From contig CAWGRQ010000031.1 of the NCBI GenBank assembly GCA_963824985.1, positions 147,329-211,328 on the forward strand: a stretch of DNA of 64,000 nucleotides, in the 5' to 3' direction. This document shows, piece by piece, positions 58,393 to 64,000 of this stretch. This DNA is from Terriglobia bacterium. Lineage in GTDB: Bacteria; Acidobacteriota; UBA6911. The translations under genes were made by a program, and so were the position numbers. The notes beneath the pieces were generated by a model. It ran no database searches, was not told where the DNA came from, and saw nothing but the letters and a program-made list of their open reading frames with translations. Numbering within the stretch: the stretch's first letter is position 1; every line of letters begins with the position of its first letter.

Positions 58393-58600
58393 ATTGGTTT
58401 TTGTCGCTATACCGCTGATCCCGCCCTGGCGGATAGAGAATAGCCCCGGGCTCGAGCCCGGGGTTGGCGATGGCGTAACGAGGAGCCCTGGAAGGGCGAC
58501 AGAAAATCATTGGAACTGAAATCCTTTCGCCCCGGGGCTCGCTGATATGCAACATCCTACCGGGGGCTTCGCCATACCGGGTTTCGCGGCAGAAACTGAT
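58393..58600. mobile_element. MITE-like element of the same family, copy 2
   Basis: The reverse complement of the right end is ATCAGTTTCTGCCGCGAAAC. Left end ATTGGTTTTTGTCGCTATACC. Shares internal blocks with copy 1. Confidence 0.65.
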
Positions 58601-58695
58601 CGGGACCGGCGCTCACGTCAGCGTCTCCGACATAAAAACTGGATTCTCCATATACAACCCCATGTATGATTGAATATCAGTGGGGGAATAACGGC

Positions 58696-60246
58696 ATGCG
58701 CATAAACAGGCAATGGATCGCACTGGGCAGTCTCGCGGTGATGACCGGCATGGTGGCGGCACAAGGGCCGCCCACGCCCGGCGAGATCGCGTCGGCTGTG
58801 CGTGCATATCGAATTGCGAACGAACCTGAGATCATCAAAGAGCTTGTCGATCTGCTTCAGATTCCCAACATCGCCTCGGACGAGCCCAACATCCGCCGCA
58901 ACGCCGGGCTGTTGAAGGCCATGTTGGAGCGCCGCGGCATGCGGGTGCAGTTCTTCGACATCGAACATCGCGGGCCAACTGTATTTGCCGAACTGCCCGC
59001 GGCCAATGCCGCGCGCACGGTCGTGTTCTATGCGCACTACGATGGCCAGCCCGTGGACCCGAAGGCCTGGACCGGAACCGGGCCCTTCGAGCCCGGCCTC
59101 CGGACAAACAGCATCGAGGCGGGCGGCACGCTGCGGCCGTTTCCCCCCGCCGGCACGCCCTACCAGGACGACTGGCGGATCTACGCGCGGTCGTCGTCCG
59201 ACGACAAATCGCCGATCGTGGCCCTGCTGGCTGCCATCGACGCGCTCGGTGCGCGAGGCATTCCGCGCGCCGTCAACCTGAAGGTCATTCTCGACAGCGA
59301 AGAAGAAAACGGGTCGCCCGGCCTGGAACGCGCGTTGGCCGCGCACCGCGATCTGGTTCGGGGGGACGTGCTGATCAGCGGGGACGGCCCCGTCCACCAG
59401 TCCGGCCGTCCTCTCGTCTACTACGGCAATCGCGGGGTGCTTGACTTCAACCTGACCGTCTACGGACCGGTCCGCGGGCTGCATAGCGGCCACTACGGCA
59501 ACTGGGCGCCGAATCCCGCGATGCGGCTGGCGCAGTTGCTGGCGTCGATGAAGGACGCCTCGGGGCATGTGCTCATCGAGGGTTTTTACGACGACGTGGT
59601 AGCGTTAACAGCCCGCGAGCGGGCGGCGCTGGATGCCCTCCCCTTCAACGATGCCGAACTCATGCGCGAGCTGCAGTTCGGCGAGGCCGAGGGGGGCGGC
59701 CGGAAGCTGGCCGAGCTCATCAATGAGCCGTCCCTGAACGTACGGGGTCTGCGCAGCGCGTACGTAGGGGAAGAGTCTCAGAACGTCGTGCCCGACCGGG
59801 CCGAGGCCTCCCTCGACATCCGGCTGGTTAAGAATATCGAGCCCGATCGCCAGTTCGAGCGGGTCGTCGCGCACATCCGGAAGCAGGGATATTTCGTGGT
59901 GCGCGACCGCGCGCCCACACCCGAGGAGCGGCGATCCAATCCGCGCGTCGCACGAGTCGACTACTACGGCGGGTATCCGGCGACGCGCACGTCGATGGAT
60001 CTGCCGGTGTCTGCCGCGGTGGCCCGCGTCCTGGACGACGCGCTCGGCGCCGGCGTCGTGAAAGCGCCGACCCTGGGCGGCAGCGTGCCGATGCACGTCT
60101 TCGATCGCCTCGGTCTCCCGGTCATAGGGGTGCCGATCGTGAATTACGACAACAGCCAGCACTCCCACAACGAGAATCTCCGCCTGGGCCACTTCTGGCG
60201 CGGCATCGAAACCTACGCCGCGCTGCTCGCGTCCCTGCGCTGGTAG
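58696..60246 (+). CDS. M20/M25/M40-family dipeptidase-like metallopeptidase, secreted
   Basis: Signal peptide MRINRQWIALGSLAVMTGMVAAQG. YAHYDGQPVD, SSDDKSPIVALLAAIDAL, LDSEEENGSPG. Confidence 0.8.
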   Translation: MRINRQWIALGSLAVMTGMVAAQGPPTPGEIASAVRAYRIANEPEIIKELVDLLQIPNIASDEPNIRRNAGLLKAMLERRGMRVQFFDIEHRGPTVFAELPAANAARTVVFYAHYDGQPVDPKAWTGTGPFEPGLRTNSIEAGGTLRPFPPAGTPYQDDWRIYARSSSDDKSPIVALLAAIDALGARGIPRAVNLKVILDSEEENGSPGLERALAAHRDLVRGDVLISGDGPVHQSGRPLVYYGNRGVLDFNLTVYGPVRGLHSGHYGNWAPNPAMRLAQLLASMKDASGHVLIEGFYDDVVALTARERAALDALPFNDAELMRELQFGEAEGGGRKLAELINEPSLNVRGLRSAYVGEESQNVVPDRAEASLDIRLVKNIEPDRQFERVVAHIRKQGYFVVRDRAPTPEERRSNPRVARVDYYGGYPATRTSMDLPVSAAVARVLDDALGAGVVKAPTLGGSVPMHVFDRLGLPVIGVPIVNYDNSQHSHNENLRLGHFWRGIETYAALLASLRW

Positions 60247-60408
60247 GGACGTGGGGCCGGACCACGCCTGTTTGTCGTCTGCCGGCCATTCGTTCTTGAC
60301 GAAGGAGTGTTGCGTTCTGGCCTTATACTCCGCCAAATCCGGCGGACCATACATTTTCGCCGGCCCCGCACGACATAAGCCGGCTGCTGAATCGGGTGGT
60401 TTGGCGTC

Positions 60409-60437
60409 TTGACGTCATAGCGTCATAACGTTATCAT
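60409..60437 (+). promoter_or_regulatory. Sigma70-like promoter with an internal direct repeat (candidate TA operator)
   Basis: TTGACG-N17-TATCAT. The spacer holds GTCATAGCGTCATAACG (GTCATA twice). GGAGGA RBS at 60445-60450. ATG at 60459. Confidence 0.5.
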
Positions 60438-60458
60438 CTGGATCGGAGGACCTGATCC

Positions 60459-60692
60459 ATGAGCAACACCGCGACCCGTTCCACCATCTACTTTGAGCCC
60501 GACCTGCACCGGGCATTGCGGTTGAAGGCCGCTCACACCCGATGCTCGCTTTCCCATCTGGTAAATGAGGCTGTCCGGCAGGCTCTCCAGGAGGACGCGG
60601 ACGATCTGGCCGCATTCGAGGAGCGGGTGAACGAACCACTGGTCAGCTACGAAGACCTCCTGAAGGACCTCAAAAAGCATGGGAAGATATAG
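60459..60692 (+). CDS. Ribbon-helix-helix-type antitoxin (RelB/ParD-like)
   Basis: 77 aa. STIYFEPDLHRALRLKAAHTRCSLSHLVNEAVRQAL. Overlaps the toxin gene by 14 bp. Confidence 0.75.
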   Translation: MSNTATRSTIYFEPDLHRALRLKAAHTRCSLSHLVNEAVRQALQEDADDLAAFEERVNEPLVSYEDLLKDLKKHGKI

Positions 60693-60942
60693 GGTCGTCT
60701 TCCGCGGATCCGTTGCCAGGGACCTGCGTCGAATTCCGAATCGTGACGTTCAGAGAATTCTTTCTACGATTAACTCTTTGGCAGAAGAGCCCCGGCCTCC
60801 CGGATGCGAGAAACTCTCAGGACAGGAAAGGTTTCGGGTGCGGCAAGGCAGCTATCGGATCATATACGAGATCGAGGATGACGAAGTAGTCGTGGTGGTC
60901 GTAAAAGTCGGTCATCGAAGAAATGTTTATCGGCGCAGCTGA
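60679..60942 (+). CDS. RelE/ParE-family toxin
   Basis: 87 aa. YRVVFRGSVARDLRRIP, EEPRPPGCEKLSG, FRVRQGSYRIIYEIEDDEVVVVVVKVGHRRNVY. Confidence 0.85.
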   Translation: MGRYRVVFRGSVARDLRRIPNRDVQRILSTINSLAEEPRPPGCEKLSGQERFRVRQGSYRIIYEIEDDEVVVVVVKVGHRRNVYRRS

Positions 60943-60985
60943 CCGGACGCTCCAGCGGTCGCGCAAACACCATGCCGTTGGTAAT

Positions 60986-61260
60986 TGTTTAGCCAAATCA
61001 AATGGATGAAGAAGCAAAACGCAAAGACGCAGGGGCGCAAAGACCGACACCGAGCAACAGGCGTGGGCGCAGCGCTTCGCGCTGGCGCATCCTTGGGCGA
61101 GCCGCGGGAGAAAGCGCGGGTGGCGGCTACTCAGGAGGATTGCGCTTTCTCCCCCGGCTCGCCCAAGGATGCGGCCGAAGGCCGCCCATGCCCGCGAACC
61201 GAAAGGAATCTCTTTGCGTCCTTGCGTCTTTGCGTTCTGCTGTTCAGCATCGGCTAAACA
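60986..61260. repeat. ~275-bp long imperfect palindrome
   Basis: Three nested arm pairs. First: TGTTTAGCC / GGCTAAACA. Second: GCAAAACGCAAAGACGCAGG / CCTTGCGTCTTTGCGTTCTGC. Third: GCGCATCCTTGGGCGAGCCGCGGGAGAAAGCGC / GCGCTTTCTCCCCCGGCTCGCCCAAGGATGCGG. Confidence 0.75.
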
Positions 61261-61311
61261 GATGCTGCCGCTGAGCTCGTGCCTCAGACCGTCCAGGATC
61301 GGGGAGGACTC

Positions 61312-61677
61312 ATGGAACATCGCCCAGTGAACATCGCGGAAAAACTCGCCCAGGTTTCCAAGCTCTGGTCGCCGAAGATCATTGCGCAGATGAACGATTA
61401 CCACTTCAAGCTGGTGAAGTTCGAGGGCGAGTTTGTCTGGCACGATCACAAGGACACCGATGAGGTATTCATCGTCCTTGAAGGCGAGATGGTGATTCAC
61501 TTCCGTGACGGTGACATCTCCGTGAAGAAGGGCGAGTTGATCGTGGTTCCCAAGGGGATTGAACACAAGCCTTCAGCGGAAGGGGAGTGCCGGGCCATGC
61601 TCGTCGAGGCGGCAGGCACGGTGAATACTGGGGACGCCGGCGGGGAAAAGACCGCGCCCGCCGATGTGTGGATCTAG
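61312..61677 (+). CDS. Cupin-domain protein
   Basis: [34 protein letters not shown]...[14 protein letters not shown] matches the cupin motifs. Confidence 0.75.
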   Translation: MEHRPVNIAEKLAQVSKLWSPKIIAQMNDYHFKLVKFEGEFVWHDHKDTDEVFIVLEGEMVIHFRDGDISVKKGELIVVPKGIEHKPSAEGECRAMLVEAAGTVNTGDAGGEKTAPADVWI

Positions 61678-61678
61678 A

Positions 61679-62428
61679 GTGAGAATCGGAGAGATCGTGA
61701 CTGACAGGGACGAGACGGTACACATTGTCGCCGCGCGCGTCGTGCAAAAACTGTTGCGCGAGGCGCGCCGCCTTTCGCGACAAATTGACAGAGATTTAGC
61801 AGCGTTACCTTCCGGCTGGAGCCTGGCCTCCTTTGATCCCAACCTGCTGTTTGATGCCTTCACCAGCCTGCAATTGCGCGAAGGCTATCGGCTGGCGGCC
61901 TACCAGTATTACGACGGCCGCAATGGAAACGGCTTCGTGTTCGCAATCCCTCCCCGCCACTCACTCCCAGAGCCTCCGGAAGCCGGGTTCAGTTTGACCT
62001 TGTCTCCGTCGGGAACACCGATGTTTTGTTCCGGTGACCGGCCGTTGCCGGAATGGGTCCATGCGGATATCGAGCATTTTCTGGAGGGTGACGATACCCC
62101 GCTCTCCTATTTTCAAGCCTCCATTCTTATGCGTGATTTGCGCGAGATGGGGGCCTATTGGCATGGATGCTCGTGGTCTACCCACGAAGTGCTGACGTCT
62201 GCAATCCCGATCGTCAAACAGAATTGGGAGTGGAAGGAGGAGAAGCCCCGGGATTGGCGGCCGGTGGTCCGGCAGGATGCGGCAGGCATATGGCAGGTAG
62301 CCTTTTACACTCACACCGGATTGGGGCGGGAGCAGATTATCCTGCACCGGGACACATTCACGGACGGGTATCGGTTTGATGCGGATGAGACGATCGTCGC
62401 TCTTGGGGAAGGCGGCTACGTCTTCTGA
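61679..62428 (+). CDS. Hypothetical protein (~250 aa), no recognised domain
   Basis: Protein-like composition. A GTG follows directly after the cupin stop. Start is uncertain (61664, 61679 or 61697). Confidence 0.45.
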   Translation: MRIGEIVTDRDETVHIVAARVVQKLLREARRLSRQIDRDLAALPSGWSLASFDPNLLFDAFTSLQLREGYRLAAYQYYDGRNGNGFVFAIPPRHSLPEPPEAGFSLTLSPSGTPMFCSGDRPLPEWVHADIEHFLEGDDTPLSYFQASILMRDLREMGAYWHGCSWSTHEVLTSAIPIVKQNWEWKEEKPRDWRPVVRQDAAGIWQVAFYTHTGLGREQIILHRDTFTDGYRFDADETIVALGEGGYVF

Positions 62429-62544
62429 TTGCGCGGGTGCGTCTGCGCGCCGCCGGCCCGCGATTCCCATCCGCGTCCGAAGGCGGCGTTTCTCCGCGTC
62501 CTTGAAAATGCATTGTCACGACCTGACCACGCGCTATGCGTCTC

Positions 62545-62856
62545 TCACGCCGCGTGACTGCGGCCCGGACGCTCAATAGTGGCCAGGCTGAGTCTCAGCC
62601 CGAACGGTTTCAGGAGGCGGTTGAGGGTCGCCTGCGTGGGATTGTGCCGTGGATGGATGGCACGCAGCAGGTTTGGGCTGGCCATGCCGATTTTCAGGGC
62701 AAATTCCTTGATCCCGGAAGCCCGGACGGCCTTGCCGAGCGCCTGCTGGAGCGAAATCCCTTCATCGACTGCGGCAAGCAGAAACTCCCGCGCGAATTCC
62801 GGATCCCGGAGATCCTGTGCCAGTCCCCTATTCCAATCCTTACTGCGTCTCGCCAT
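62545..62856 (-). CDS. HigA-type addiction-module antidote (HTH) protein, apparently orphan
   Basis: DPEFAREFLLAAVDEGISLQQALGKAVRASGIKEFALKIGMASPNLLRAI...NPTQATLNRLLKPFGLRLSL. Confidence 0.7.
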   Translation of the reverse strand: MARRSKDWNRGLAQDLRDPEFAREFLLAAVDEGISLQQALGKAVRASGIKEFALKIGMASPNLLRAIHPRHNPTQATLNRLLKPFGLRLSLATIERPGRSHAA

Positions 62857-62861
62857 GGAAG

Positions 62862-63491
62862 ATGGCACCTCCAAAACAGTCTCAATCCGCCAGAATCAGG
62901 ACGGCATTGCTTCCATGCGCGCTATACGGAATTGCCAAGGGTCGGTACATAACCTGTTGGCCGGCGTTCCTGGTTCATGACAATCCGGCCGGCCTGTGCT
63001 TTTCCGTTGCATTGGACGATCGCACGCTGGCGCGCAGAGAGATCACGCTGGCCGAAACGGACGAAAGCGCCGTGAGGCGCTCCTATGTCACCGCTCTCGT
63101 GCGGCGCCGGATGCACCAGCAGGCTTTTCGCGAGCGCGTATTGCAGGCATACCGGGAGCATTGCGCCGTGTGCCGCCTGCGGCATTATGAGCTGCTCGAA
63201 GCCGCGCACATCCTTCCGGACACGCATGAGCGGGGCGAGCCGGTCGTGTCCAATGGATTATCGCTCTGCTCGCTTCACCATGCCGCCTTTGACAGAAACA
63301 TTCTCGGTATCACTCCGGACCTGCTCGTGGACATAAGGAGCGACATCCTCGAGGAGATCGACGGTCCTATGCTCGTCCACGGACTGCAGGAATTTCAGGG
63401 CAGGAGGATTCTCGTCCCGAGATCCGAGATCCAGCAACCCAACCGCGATTTTCTCGCCGAGCGCTACGAACTTTTCCGCAAGGCCAGCTGA
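62862..63491 (+). CDS. HNH_2-type endonuclease, N-terminal region probably truncated
   Basis: QAFRERVLQAYREHCAVCRLRHYELLEAAHILP...VSNGLSLCSLHHAAFDRNILGI. Start is unresolved (ATG 62817 or 62862, TTG 63012, GTG 63072). Confidence 0.7.
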   Translation: MAPPKQSQSARIRTALLPCALYGIAKGRYITCWPAFLVHDNPAGLCFSVALDDRTLARREITLAETDESAVRRSYVTALVRRRMHQQAFRERVLQAYREHCAVCRLRHYELLEAAHILPDTHERGEPVVSNGLSLCSLHHAAFDRNILGITPDLLVDIRSDILEEIDGPMLVHGLQEFQGRRILVPRSEIQQPNRDFLAERYELFRKAS

Positions 63492-63679
63492 CCGCTTCTG
63501 ACTATGCATGAACGCCTACCGGGTTCAACTCGGCAACCGCCGCCGGGTCAAGGATTTCTCTCGCCGCGCGCCGACATCGATGAAACCCATCATTACCAGC
63601 TCACCAGTGGCGTCCGGCAGACCCGGATTGAACTCCCGGAGCTTCGCGTCAAGATAGCGGGTGAATGGGCGTATACTAG

Positions 63680-63922
<243 letters not shown>

Positions 63923-64000
63923 TTGATTAAGATCAAGTTCGATGAGAATATGCTTGACGATGCCGCGGCGATTCTGGCCCACGCCGGACATGAGACCTCA
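63923..64000 (+). CDS. DUF5615-family PIN-like protein, 3' end outside window
   Basis: A TTG directly follows the DUF433 stop. IKIKFDENMLDDAAAILAHAGHE resembles the DUF5615 N-terminus. Only 26 codons are visible. Confidence 0.45.
   Translation, partial: MIKIKFDENMLDDAAAILAHAGHETS

Noticed and set aside
60986-61260. The palindrome downstream of the TA operon might be an integron attC site.
   Set aside because: The ends TGTTTAGCC / GGCTAAACA do not fit RYYYAAC / GTTRRRY. The element is much longer than typical attC sites. No intI gene or cassette array is visible.

Overview
GC-rich bacterial chromosomal segment, most consistent with Acidobacteriota. Support: two ADOP-type duplicated orphan FtsX/MacB permeases, VWFA-related acidobacterial-domain proteins, and a CarboxypepD_reg-type TonB receptor. 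The coding content is mainly housekeeping or degradative. It includes an amino-acid ABC transporter, an aldo/keto reductase, an SSS symporter, a URO-D-like enzyme, a PQQ-type beta-propeller and an MsbA-like ABC exporter. It also has two ECF sigma/anti-sigma operons and LysE, YigZ, BNR/VPS10-like and GH127 genes. Peptidase genes are unusually dense: two divergent tricorn-like S41 paralogs plus M14, M1, M24, M20 and an S12 serine hydrolase. Accessory content includes HepT/MntA, RHH-RelE, an orphan HigA-type antidote, a truncated Phd-like antitoxin, DUF433/DUF5615 and an HNH_2 endonuclease. I could not identify a convincing new multi-gene system. The strongest non-standard signals are in the non-coding DNA: (1) a single IS200/IS605-like Y1 (RAYT) gene bracketed by inverted REP-like units and followed by a near-identical 68-bp tandem array, with further copies of the unit elsewhere in the window; (2) two direct copies of an internally deleted rve-integrase IS relic bracketing a HepT/MntA pair plus an ADOP permease; (3) at least four other families or singletons of long palindromic, MITE-like elements in intergenic regions; (4) indel frameshifts concentrated in four genes while nine ORFs of 590 aa or more are intact. 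No rRNA, tRNA or CRISPR array was recognised by eye. All family names come from motif recognition only. No searches were run.
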